DNA of 63,504 nucleotides, the filler included, from Fonticula-like sp. SCN 57-25 (lineage: Eukaryota): assembly GCA_001724245.1 (NCBI GenBank). It is 11 parts of 11 records of this genome, joined end to end, with 100 filler letters (N's around TTAATTAATTAA, not from the genome) between each part and the next. Parts side by side here need not be neighbours in the genome. Positions count along the whole stretch, not along the records: positions 12,172 to 17,467 come from MEDX01000596.1; positions 17,568 to 22,856 come from MEDX01000597.1; positions 22,957 to 28,246 come from MEDX01000598.1; 8 more parts are not named here. One strand, given 5' to 3'. This document shows positions 14,550 to 25,124 of this stretch, in pieces. Position numbers and translations under genes: made by a program. Numbering within the stretch: the stretch's first letter is position 1; each line of letters starts with the position of its first letter. The notes beneath the pieces are model-generated. The model worked only from the letters and a program-made list of their open reading frames with translations, searched no databases and was not told the origin of the DNA.

Positions 14550-15527
14550 CCGACGCCTGCCCTACCTCTGCTTGTGCAGTCGAGGGGGCCCGCCAAATGT
14601 GTGACGTCACTGATGACGTTGATTTCGTTTTGGCGGGAAAGAAAGGAATCATATGGACGATACAATTTCGCGTGTGTGGAATACCGGGTATGCATGGAGC
14701 GTCTATGGCAATATAAGTATTGAAACCGTATCACAACGCTTGTATTGTACAAGAGCATAATATAATATTGTGTTTTGACGCACAGGAAGTATCCTCAACC
14801 AACAGAAATGCATCATCCCGCTGATGCTTGAAGTGGTCAGAGCGGACAAGAACGACTTTGCGATCATGCGCGTCATAGTAAAGTAGCCTGAAGCCATGCT
14901 GATAGAACCAGTACAAAAGCGCAAAGGGCATTGGATTGCCAGGCCGCAGCGGCTATACCTGTTCATGCATCGGATCCGCGGCATGTGGTGCGCCAGAATC
15001 TGGTCAGAATGGCAAGAGCCATCGACAAAGCACCCATAAAATGCCTTTTGTTTTAAACAAATGTCGTGTGTTTGTGTCATGGTCTTTAGTTAAACATGCA
15101 AGAGTAACATAAAGTATTTTACAGCTCATTTAGCCGCTTGCGTGCTTTGTCTTTCACGCTGATGACGTAGAAAAAATCTGGCGGGAAATTATTTCTCTGG
15201 TGTTTGTCAGGGGTGGGCAAAAAGCGCAACTTCAGAAATCGGAACTGAGCATATGACTGGAAGGCACATATCCAGCGAATACCCAAACAGAGGAGAGGCA
15301 CGCCGTGGGAAAGCTGACTATAAGTACGGCCAATATGAGGAAAAGGGCAGGAGACAAGGGAAAGACGACGCATCGCATTTTCGGGCGAGGGTCGATCGCG
15401 CCTGCCTGCCTGTGCCTGGCCCCCTGATCCGCCGTTGCGTGTTCTATTTACGTACGAGGAGGGCCGTGTTGCTGCGCCCTTGATCAACGAGCCGTCTTTC
15501 GACTGTCTCTGAGCCAACCTTGCACCG

Positions 15528-17467
15528 ATGTCGCCGCCGACGATTACGGACGGCGGATCTTCCGCTGTCCTTGCACCCCTGCTTCTTGCGGAACCGCATG
15601 TTGCCGATGCGCCGTTCAAGTCGACCAAGGAGGCGCAGCAGATCATCGACGGTCTCGTTCGCCGCCGCGAGATCGATTCGTCGTACCTGTATGATGCGCG
15701 CGGGAGCGAGCTCTTTGAGCAGATCACCGGCACGGACGCGTACTACCTGACGCGCCAAGAGTACGCCCTGCTGGAGCAGCACGCCGACTCGATCGTCCGG
15801 TTTGCGTGCGACGAAGGGACAGACAGCCTCGCCGTCCCCAACGACGCGGTTCGCCACCCTTTTTCTATCTATTTTGACCTAATACATGCAATAGGAGGTC
15901 CTGCTGGAGCTCGGCAGCGGATCGTCGCGCAAGACTGTTGTCCTTCTCAAGGCGATGGTGCGCGCGTACGGCCTTGACCGCGTCGTGTACATGCCCGCGG
16001 ACATTTCTGCTTCTGCGCTCGAGGAGGCCGCCGTGGCCGTGCGCGCCGCCCTTCCCGGCCTGTGCGTTCGCCCGCTTCTCGGCACGTACGCGACGTGCAT
16101 CCAGACTGCGCGGCGCGAGCTGCAGGGCGCCCGCACGACACTCCTCTTCCTCGGCAGCACGCTCGGCAACTTTGACGACGCTGCCGCCGTGTCGTTCCTT
16201 CGCAGCCTCGCCGCCGTGATGCGCCCGCGCGACCGCCTGCTCGTCGGCGTCGACACGCCGCACAAGCCCGCCGCAGTGATTGAGCGCGCCTACAACGACG
16301 AAGACGGCGTCACGTCGGCCTTTAACCTCAACATTCTCGCGCACGTTAACCGCGTCGCCGGCACCGACTTTGACATCTCCACCTTTGAACACCGCGCGCG
16401 GTACGACGAGGCCACGTCGACCATCTGCAGTGCCGTCGTCAGCAAGATTGACCAGACGGTGCGCGCCAACGGCAAGGTCATCATGGCGCTCCGCGCCGGC
16501 GAGGCCATTCGCACCGAGGTGTCGCGCAAGTTTTCGCGCGAGGCCGTCGAGACGCTCTTTGCCGCCGCGTCGCTCGCGCCGGCGCGCGCGTGGGAGGGCG
16601 ACCAACGCTCACACCTCATGGTACGAACGCGAATTCAGTTTGGGTTTCATCGCGCGGGAAAAAAAGCTAAATTGCGCGGGAAATCTCTAGATGGAGGCCG
16701 TTGTTGATATTGTGACGGAGACGCTCGAGCGCACGGACCACATTTTTGAGAATGTTATCGGCGACGACAGCATGCTGAGCGTGCCTATCGAGCTCCGCCA
16801 CCCATTCATCTTTTACCGCGGCCACATGCCATGCTTCTTTGACCTTCAACTGCTTCAGTCGCCGCGCACGCGCGACCTGCGCGCCATCTTTGCGCGGTGC
16901 GTTGAGTAAAATTTATTTATCTTGTGCTAAATTATGCGTGCAGCGGCAAGGACCCGCTTGTTGAGGACCCGAGCAAGTGCCACGCGCACTCGTCGCTGTC
17001 GCCCGGCGCCGACTGGCCATCGCTCGCCGCCGTCGTTGCGTACGCGCGGGATGTGCGCGCGGCGCTCAATGAGCTGCCGGCGGCGCACCGCAACAGCGCG
17101 GCGCTCGTCATGTCGGTCGAGCACGAAATGATGCACCAGGAGACGCTGACGTACATGCTGGCGGAGCACAGGCGCGCTGGCAAGGTGGACGCGACGCGGC
17201 TGATTGACATGGAGGCGGCGACGGCGCCGACGGCGGTCGAGGCGCGCATCATCGAAATTGACGTGCGTCAGCAGGCGGCCCTTCAGGCGAATGAAATGGT
17301 ACTTTTTAAAAGGATATGCAGGTGACTGTTTGGCTCATGTTTAATAGGGAAATGATCAGCAAAAGAGCACGGACGCTGTGCTGCACGTCGGTACAAATGA
17401 CCCCGCCACGTGGGACAACGAGCGCCCTCTGCGCACAATTCCCCTTCCTTCCTCCTTCGGCGTCGAC
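15528..17467 (+). CDS. egt1: Fungal-type ergothioneine biosynthesis fusion (EgtD methyltransferase + sulfoxide synthase/FGE domain); 3' truncated
   Basis: YLYDARGSELFEQIT..YYLTRQE, LELGSGSSRKT, FLGSTLGNF, AYNDEDGVTSAFNLNIL, IRTEVSRKF, then PIELRHPFIFYRGH, DPLVEDPSKCHAHS, EHEMMHQETLTYML, WDNERP. Confidence 0.92.
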
Positions 17468-17567
17468 NNNNNNNNNNNNNNNNNNNNNNNNNNNNNNNNN
17501 NNNNNNNNNNNTTAATTAATTAANNNNNNNNNNNNNNNNNNNNNNNNNNNNNNNNNNNNNNNNNNNN

Positions 17568-17752
17568 AGGTAGCCGACAGCGCTAGCGGCATACGAGGCG
17601 GCCTGCTCATTGCGCATGCCGACATAGTGGATGCCTTCCATCTGAAGAGCACCACCAAGCTCGATCGCGGGGTGGCCAACAATGCCAAACGCATACTTGA
17701 CGCCCTGCTCCTTGAGCGCGCGCGCAATCACGACAAAGCCCTCAATGCTCAT
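17568..17752 (-). CDS. HACL1: 2-hydroxyacyl-CoA lyase / oxalyl-CoA decarboxylase family (TPP enzyme), N-terminus
   Basis: [20 protein letters not shown]...[19 protein letters not shown]. Confidence 0.85.
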
Positions 17753-17795
17753 GGCTGACGATCTCTCCAGTTCACACCGGTAACAAACAACTGTT

Positions 17796-17850
17796 CACGT
17801 GACTGCATGACAGTCATTCAGATCACGTGATGTTTTAATGTATCCACGTG
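17796..17850. promoter_or_regulatory. Cluster of three CACGTG E-boxes upstream of the HACL1-like gene
   Basis: CACGTG at 17796, 17824 and 17845. Confidence 0.5.
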
Positions 17851-18128
17851 GCCAATGTTGCTGTGTTGGACCAGAGTTGGCCTTGGACATCAGTATTCGT
17901 AGCAGTGTCGCCGTCGCGCGACCGTTCGCAGACCGTTCGATGCTGAGATGCTCACTCGACACTTTCAAATTACCCGTATAATCTGCGTATAATCGTACCA
18001 GTATGAATATGATAATATGATGATTGTATGATTAGGCACCCACGAATGCACCCACGATTAGCGTAAATCCAACCAATCACAGAATCACAGGTTTTCCGTC
18101 GTCTCGGGCCTCTCGAGTCTCGAACAAG

Positions 18129-19462
18129 ATGGCTGGATGGTGGGCCGTGCTGACGATGCTAGCGGCAGACCTCGTCTGTGGTGTGTGCTCGCGAGTCGTG
18201 TCGTTTTTTTTTTCTCTGACGCAATTGTCAAAAAAAAACACTTTTTCTTTAGCGTGGAGCGTGAATGAGAGCAAAGCATACGAGTTTGCAGGGGTCTACA
18301 CGACCATTCACTACCCTAACAACAATTTTCAACCTACAGGTGCGACGGCGTTCGACACCCTATAGAATCACCGCTGACATAATACTGGTAAAGAGGGCGG
18401 TAATATCTATTATATTAACCAAGGATCTGGGACATCGCCCAATTCCTACATTTACCTAAAGTTCGACTTTGTTTCGTTCGCGGTACGAACCATCGTCAAA
18501 TATTATTTATTTTCTGTGCCCTTTCATTCGGTCGAAAAAGGCTAATAAATCAGCGCCACTCCAAATGTTGTAGCCGACGCCGTCGCGTTTTTGCGCGTAT
18601 GGAACTCCCACCTTCAATATACGGCCCAAAGCGGACAATACCGATTTTTTTGCTCGTACGTTTAGTGAGCTTCGAGTTGACGCGCCAGCGACAACATGGT
18701 GCGCTTGCCTTTCGCAACACGCTGACTCAACCACCTTAATAATGCCTTCTTATAGGAATTCACAGGTAACCTGGAACAATCAACCGTCGCTTACGACACG
18801 ACTGGGAACCCTGGCCACTGCGACGAAGTACATCCAGAACGGAAGGTACGCAAGAAGAATGAATGCCCCTATAGATACAAAACAACCATTAATACATCAT
18901 AGCTTTGGCTCGATCCCAATTACCGCAGCTACGCTGAATGCTGCCGTTCGACTTTCCAATAGCCAGGTATGATTGCTGAGAGAAGTATTCCCCTTGCTGA
19001 ACAATGCGTGCTTCAGACCAGCTTCCGCCACACATACATTGATACCCATGTCGTTTACTATACAAGCAGGGTATCAGGATTGGCGTATCGAGCATTCATT
19101 GAATTTGATTATTATACATGCCACCAAAACGCGACCTGTAACCAGACCAGCGGTACATGTACCTGCAACGCTGGGTACACCGGCTCGGGAACCTCTTGCA
19201 CGTGACGAAAAAGGATTCGTCATATCATTTCACTAACATGAGGCCGATAGGTATTGTCGACCTATGTGCAGTGAATAGTTGCGACCCGAATGCGACCTGT
19301 GACCAGGGAACAGGTGCATGTACCTGCAACCCTGGGTACACTGGCACAGGCACCTCCTGCACGGGTACGCAATTACATCCGACAATTATGTTTCGCTTAC
19401 AAAAAAGTCATGTAGCTATGAGCAAATGTGAAGCCACCGTTACGAAACTATGCCCAGCCTAG
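18129..19462 (+). CDS. Secreted DNRLRE/CBM96-like domain protein with EGF repeats; multi-exon; the second EGF exon may be disconnected
   Basis: Signal peptide MAGWWAVLTMLAADLVC. Spliced YPNNNF...NSYIYLKFDF...TTW|NSQVTWNNQPSL...FIEFDY. EGFs CHQNATCNQTSGTCTCNAGYTGSGTSC and CDPNATCDQGTGACTCNPGYTGTGTSC. In-frame TGA at 19203-19205. Confidence 0.6.
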
Positions 19463-19650
19463 TGAGTAAAAGCTTTGGCTTTGCTTTACGTTTGCTATTT
19501 AATTTCCTTAGGTTGCTCGGCCTTGTTATAGCATTGCTAGAAAGCTGCATTATTGCTAGAAGTTGCCATTTTTTTAGTTTAATAGAGCCGGTATTAACGC
19601 CAATATCCATAGTAGTAAATAATATTATACGAATTTCCTTACATTGAATA

Positions 19651-20723
19651 TTACGTCGGCGGGGCGAGTCTGTTTCGCCGCGCGTCCGTGATGGTCGCGA
19701 CGATCAGCGTCCCCTTGAACTGCGCATTCACCTCTGCAAACGGTTCAGTTTGCACAATAACAAATCAGCCGTTGCGCACCTGCAGCGAGCGCCCTGCACT
19801 CGGCGAGTGGTGCCTCGGTGATGATCACGCTGCGGGGGCACAGCTCGAGGTACTCGTACACAGACTCGTTCGCGATGTCGTCTTTCAGTCTAGCGCGAGA
19901 TCAGTGTATACCGTGGCAGGCATCGGGGGCGCACTTTGGAAAGACGGCCGGCGACGTCGACACAAACTGCACAAAGTCTTTCGACTCGAAAGAGGCCGTC
20001 GGCACGACTACGTGGAACGCGAAAGGAATTCCTGCGTAGGTCGCCCTTGTCCTACGCGGCGTCAGTCGCCAGATGGGTGATCTTTGCGATCACGCACGCC
20101 CAATCAACAATGTGGCCCGCGCCCATCTCGCCCTGCCGCTGCTCTTGCTGCAGCTCGCGCGAAAGCTGGAATGAGCGGCGGCGCAGCATGAGGCTGTCGG
20201 ACGGCGAGCCGCGAAATATTGTGATCTTGCCGTTCAGATGCGCGCCGATCGTGAGCGTCGCGGCGTCGTCGGGCAACATGTCGGCAAAGAGCCGAGAAAA
20301 AATGGTCTGAATGTCCTCAAAGGCGGCCTCGGAATTGATAAGCAGAGCCGTTGACTCGCGACGCGATGTCCACCAGTGGCGACGCCAGTTGCCATCCAAA
20401 ACTTCGGCCGACTCGTCCAGCGGGAGGTACCTAGAGCAAGCTCAGCGATCAAAGTACGAGGCGCAACAGAAAAGAGCAATAGCAAAAAAGAAGCAAAAAA
20501 CAGCTTAATTGAAAAAGGCGTACCCGTCACGCGCGCACACAGACCGCCACAAGAGATCGGACGACAGCCACGATAACCGCCGGCATGAGCGAGAAAGCGC
20601 CGCGACATCGTTTCCGCGAAGATGGGCGCAGATCTCTAGTATCACCTCGTGCGGAAGCCGCACGAGCGCGTTGTTCTTGTTCAGCCGCTTGGGCTTTGAA
20701 GTACCGCTGCTCGGCTTTGGCAT
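19651..20723 (-). CDS. F-box protein, 5 exons
   Basis: LVRLPHEVILEICAHLRGNDVAALSRSCRRL...DLLWRSVC. The frame is restored through four GT-AG introns. Confidence 0.75.
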
Positions 20724-20797
20724 GGCCCCTTGCACCGAGTTTTGAGTTGCTCTGTTTTGATGCAAACTGGTTTGCGTGGTTTTGGCACATTGACAGG

Positions 20798-21574
20798 ATG
20801 GATGATGACCCTGAGGATGCGCGCGCGCCTGACGGCGCCCCGCCCGTGGCGAACGAGCCAGCTGATAATGTCATTATCATAAAGACGGAGCCGGTAGAGA
20901 GCGGAAATGAGATTAGAGTTGAGGGACGGCGGTGGGGCGATCTGAGGTCGCAATTGGGCGTGGAAGCCGACAAGCTGATCGCTAACCAGTGCGTGCTTAC
21001 CTATTCAAACGTCGTTTATATGTGAAATAAGCGTGAAATAATACTAAACTGAATTGTAGCCGCGTTCGAAAACCGGTTTGGGATCCGACGATGAGGTCGC
21101 TCGAAGTGGCCATCGACGAGGCCATGCGCGATGCCGTCAAGGTCGAAATCGAGCCGGCGGCCGGTGATGCCGGCGGCGACCCGCTTTCGGCACTCGTGAA
21201 GGCCGCCACGAGCGAGTCCGCAGCGGCGCAGTACAAGGAACTCGCGCCGGCCGTAATTCTTTCGGTACTCAAGGTGCGCGCCGATGCTGTGCATTTTCCC
21301 GCGCTAATTCGCTTTGGGCGCAGATGCTCACCGACACGCATCGGATATCGACGCCGCTGAAGCAGTTCACCAAGAGCGCACTCATGTTGCCGCCGAGCAG
21401 CAAGACGCGGGTGCGGCAGCAGCAGTGGCTGCAGGCGGGTACGACGTGGCGTACTTTAATAGCGGCGCTAATACTCCGATAGCGTTTCAGCTCTACGTAC
21501 AGGACGGCGACGTGGACGAGTTGGTCGACTCGTTAACAATGGCATTTGCACAGACGAATACAGCGCCTTCTTAA
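20798..21574 (+). CDS. Hypothetical protein, about 4 exons
   Basis: ATG at 20798, GT-AG introns with a branch site, and GC-rich codon usage. Ends AFQLYVQDGDVDELVDSLTMAFAQTNTAPS*. Confidence 0.55.
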
Positions 21575-21864
21575 GAGCAGTATTGACTGTAAATAAGTAA
21601 AGAATACAAGTTTATCATGGACGGTGGCATGGGTCACTGTGTTTAATTCGAGAAATCTGCGAGAAATATACTGATCTCTGCACAAGAAACCGCCGAATCT
21701 ACTGTACAAAATAAAGATACGTGTATAACATTATGCTACACTGTGTGAGAGTTTGCTTGATGCGCTGCCAACGCACAGAAACGCCGTGCATTCAAAGGAA
21801 AATAATATTCGTCACAAGTTAATCCCACGTGGCCCAAGGGCATCGTCATCGTCTGCAGACCTGC

Positions 21865-22856
21865 ATGAGCATCACCAGTGACCGCGATGACAGGCCGCCA
21901 TCGACCCTCCTAGGGCTGTGTATGCAGCGCCTGACGTCCAATATTGAACGCTTTCCTTCGTATGTATCACTTTGTACTTTGGTTTTATCTAACTCCATTA
22001 GGCTTGCGGGCCTGCCGACGTCTATCGGCAACCATGTCATGATGCAATTGTCGCACCGTGAGCTCGGCCTTCGCCTCCTTCTCGAGAACGGCTGCCCCTT
22101 TGACGCCTTGCGCATTACATATAGCACGTCAGTCTCTCCCAAGCTGATCTCCAAGTGCAAGTCGGTCGACACGATCATTCTGGTTCTGCCGATCGCGGCC
22201 GACACGCTGAGCGCCTGCCTGAATCTGCCTCGCGTGGCCGCCATCTCGATCGGGTCGGTCGCGGCGCTGCCCGACAGCCGCCTCTTGCAGCTCGCCCGCC
22301 TCGGCCCGCAGCTACGTTGCCTCCAGCTGTCGGTCCCGATCCCCGCGCGGGATCTCGGCGCCCTCGTCAAGCTCATGCCGCGCCTTACCCAATTGGAGGC
22401 CACGTGGGTGAACGGGCCGGGCGTGATCGACGCGGGCATCCTGCGCGGCCTCTCTGTGCTCGCGCTGCGCCTTATCGGCAACCCGACGGCCCCGGTCATG
22501 TTTGACAAGGCCGTCTTCCCGCGCTTGAAGGAGCTCTACTTTAGCGCGACGCCGGCATTCGACATGTCATGCGGCCCAGAGATGTTTCCCGCGCTCGATG
22601 CGCTCATCGTGCCAATGCCGCTCGATGCCGATGCGCTGCTGCAGATCGCGCCGCAGCTCCGCACTGTTTACCTGGAAAAGGAACTGCCGAGCGAGGCTAT
22701 CGAGGCGTTCCTCGAACGCGCGAAAAAGCTGCGCGTCCTCTGGCTGGAAAAGATCACGATCACGGAGAGATTGACCGAGCTCATGGCGGGCATCGAGACG
22801 CTCGAGGAGATCCACTGCGAAAAGCATGACTGGGAACATAAAGCAAAGCGGCTGCC
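21865..22856 (+). CDS. BC-box / LRR (RNI-like) protein, putative cullin adaptor; 3' truncated
   Basis: PSTLLGLCMQRL (BC-box-like), then LAGLPTSIG, then LxxLxL repeats (FPRLKELYF, FPALDALIV, APQLRTVYL). Confidence 0.6.
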
Positions 22857-22992
22857 NNNNNNNNNNNNNNNNNNNNNNNNNNNNNNNNNNNNNNNNNNNN
22901 TTAATTAATTAANNNNNNNNNNNNNNNNNNNNNNNNNNNNNNNNNNNNNNNNNNNNCTCGCAGGCCAGCCGCCGCGGGATCCAGGATCATCA

Positions 22993-23054
22993 AAAAAGTC
23001 GGTTTCGGTACGTCTCAGATTTGGATTTTCCTATCAACACTTTTGGCTTGAGTG
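22993..23054 (-). repeat. 62-bp dispersed repeat, copy 1 (inverted relative to 28149-28211)
   Basis: AAAAAGTCGGTTTCGGTACGTCTCAGATTTGGATTTTCCTATCAACACTTTTGGCTTGAGTG matches the reverse complement of copy 2 apart from one substitution and one indel. Confidence 0.9.
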
Positions 23055-23604
23055 TTAACTCGTTCGTCAGCTCGTCGTCTCGATTGCTTGTTTACTATAC
23101 GCAGCAATGTCACAACCATGTGGGTATTTGAATAATTCCATTGCCTCAAGTTGAAAGTGATCACAATCCAAACGTGAGCACTTTTGTCAGCGACCATGCA
23201 CACGACGAAAATGAAGCATTAGAGCCATTGATATCAAAAGAAAAGCAATAAATTAGGTATGTGTGCCAACTCCTCTTATTGGTCTGAGCTTCATTATTGC
23301 CCTCTGAAGCCGCAAAGTGCCTGTTGTTCCACGAGGTCTCGAACAGTCAGCATTTCATACCGATCCACGTGCGATCGCGATCGAACCGTGTGAATATCAG
23401 GGCGTAAATAGTGGGGCGGCGCAGCAGTGACGCAGCGACGGTCGCCTGTCCACCGCTGCCCGTCATCGACCTGCACAGCTTGTCCGCCTCGCTTTTGAGG
23501 CGCCTTTAAGTGCTATATCATTTTGCTTTACTTTGGACCGCTTTTGAATTTGTTTTCGAGACCTTGAATAGTGGAGATCTTTCCGCTTTGTCATTGGCGT
23601 CGCC

Positions 23605-24819
23605 ATGGAGCTTCAGCCGGCGCTCTCTGGCGGCCGCGGCCGCTATGATGACACGTACGCCGACGCCCCCTTTGGCAGCGCGCTCGACAACCTCGACGAC
23701 CTCGAGTTTGCCGATCTCCTTCTTGAAGAGGATGGTGAGGCGCCGTCGTCTTCGCTACCCGATGGGAGCGATCCGTGGGCGTCCCAGAACGATGGCTCTG
23801 GGTTCGCCTCCGCCGTCAAAAAGGGCTTTGTGTCTGTTTTCCGGGATCGATTCGTTGGCAGCAGCAGCCCTACCTTGCCGCCAGCGGGCGATGAGGATCC
23901 TGTTTACAAGAAGCGCAAGGTGCAAGAGATGGCGCATGACGATTCGCATGCGCGGCACTACAATGCACCTGCTGCCATGGACGCCGACGCTTCACAAAAG
24001 GCGATGCAATTTAGAATGAGTCTGCAGGTGCTGAACCCGCTTCGTGCGCTTTCGCCTTCAGCGCCTTCCGGCCCGTCGGCATTCCCGCCCTCTGTTGGTG
24101 GCGCTCCGATGCCCCCCGGTCGCACTCCGTTTTCGCCGACCGAAGTACCGATCAAGTTTGATCCCGAGGAGCTCGCTGCGGCGGGCGGCACTCTTTCTTC
24201 GATGCCGACGACGACAGCGGACGACCTTTTGCGCGCTTTGAATGAATCTTTTCTGGAGAGTAATGCGCACAAAGCGCGGCTTGATCAGCAGCGGCGGCGT
24301 TTCCGCGGCGGAGCGGCCGGGGCGGCGGCGGCGGGGCCCGACCGCAGCGCGTCGCCGTTCATTGACGACGACGAGCGCGAGTCGTTTGAGCGCGACAGCA
24401 GGCGGAGAGAGATCCACGCCAGCGTTGAGCGCAAGAGGAGAGACAATATCAACGACTGCATCGGCGAGTTTGCGCGCATCGTGCCGCCCGACGCCCACGG
24501 CGGCGACAATGCAAAGCTGAGCAAAGGGCTCATTCTGAGGCGAGCCGTCGACTACCTCGAGACAGTTCTCGCGGCCAACCAGACCATGGAAGAACACCTC
24601 GGCGTTGCTGTAACGAGATGGGCAGAGGCAAACTGCAAGGCAGAGGCGGCGATCGCCATGCTAAACGCCGCAAACGAAAGGATCGAGGCGCTCACTGCGG
24701 CAAACGAGATGATGAAAAGGTCAATGCTGGCTCAAGAGTTTATCGTTGAGGGAGTGAATGCAGCGAGCATGATGGACGTCGACGAGCCAATAGACGTACG
24801 ATGGGAACCGCAGGAATGA
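23605..24819 (+). CDS. bHLH-leucine zipper transcription factor (Cbf1/USF/MiT-like)
   Basis: HASVERKRRDNINDCIGEFARIVP...KLSKGLILRRAVDYL followed by a coiled coil. The H-E-R basic residues are typical of CACGTG binders. Confidence 0.85.
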   Translation: MELQPALSGGRGRYDDTYADAPFGSALDNLDDLEFADLLLEEDGEAPSSSLPDGSDPWASQNDGSGFASAVKKGFVSVFRDRFVGSSSPTLPPAGDEDPVYKKRKVQEMAHDDSHARHYNAPAAMDADASQKAMQFRMSLQVLNPLRALSPSAPSGPSAFPPSVGGAPMPPGRTPFSPTEVPIKFDPEELAAAGGTLSSMPTTTADDLLRALNESFLESNAHKARLDQQRRRFRGGAAGAAAAGPDRSASPFIDDDERESFERDSRRREIHASVERKRRDNINDCIGEFARIVPPDAHGGDNAKLSKGLILRRAVDYLETVLAANQTMEEHLGVAVTRWAEANCKAEAAIAMLNAANERIEALTAANEMMKRSMLAQEFIVEGVNAASMMDVDEPIDVRWEPQE

Positions 24820-25124
24820 TGGTCATTCTCACGCTCGTGGACGCTTTTAGAATCACCCTTTTAATACTCATCGCTCGACGCTCGCGGATTAGACAATTTT
24901 GTGTACTATAATGTTTACTTTGTATCTATAAACTGTTTTGACGTTACTGAGTTCGCGCACATATTAACGAACGGAAAGAAAGACAGACTGACGTTGAAAA
25001 CACACACGCAGCGCGCGTAAAAGCGAGGAAAAAGAGCAGGGGAACGGAACGGCTACAATGCAAAGCAAAATGTATACAAAAAAGCACTAAAATGCCCCTC
25101 ACGAATATAGGAAAGAACCTTTCT

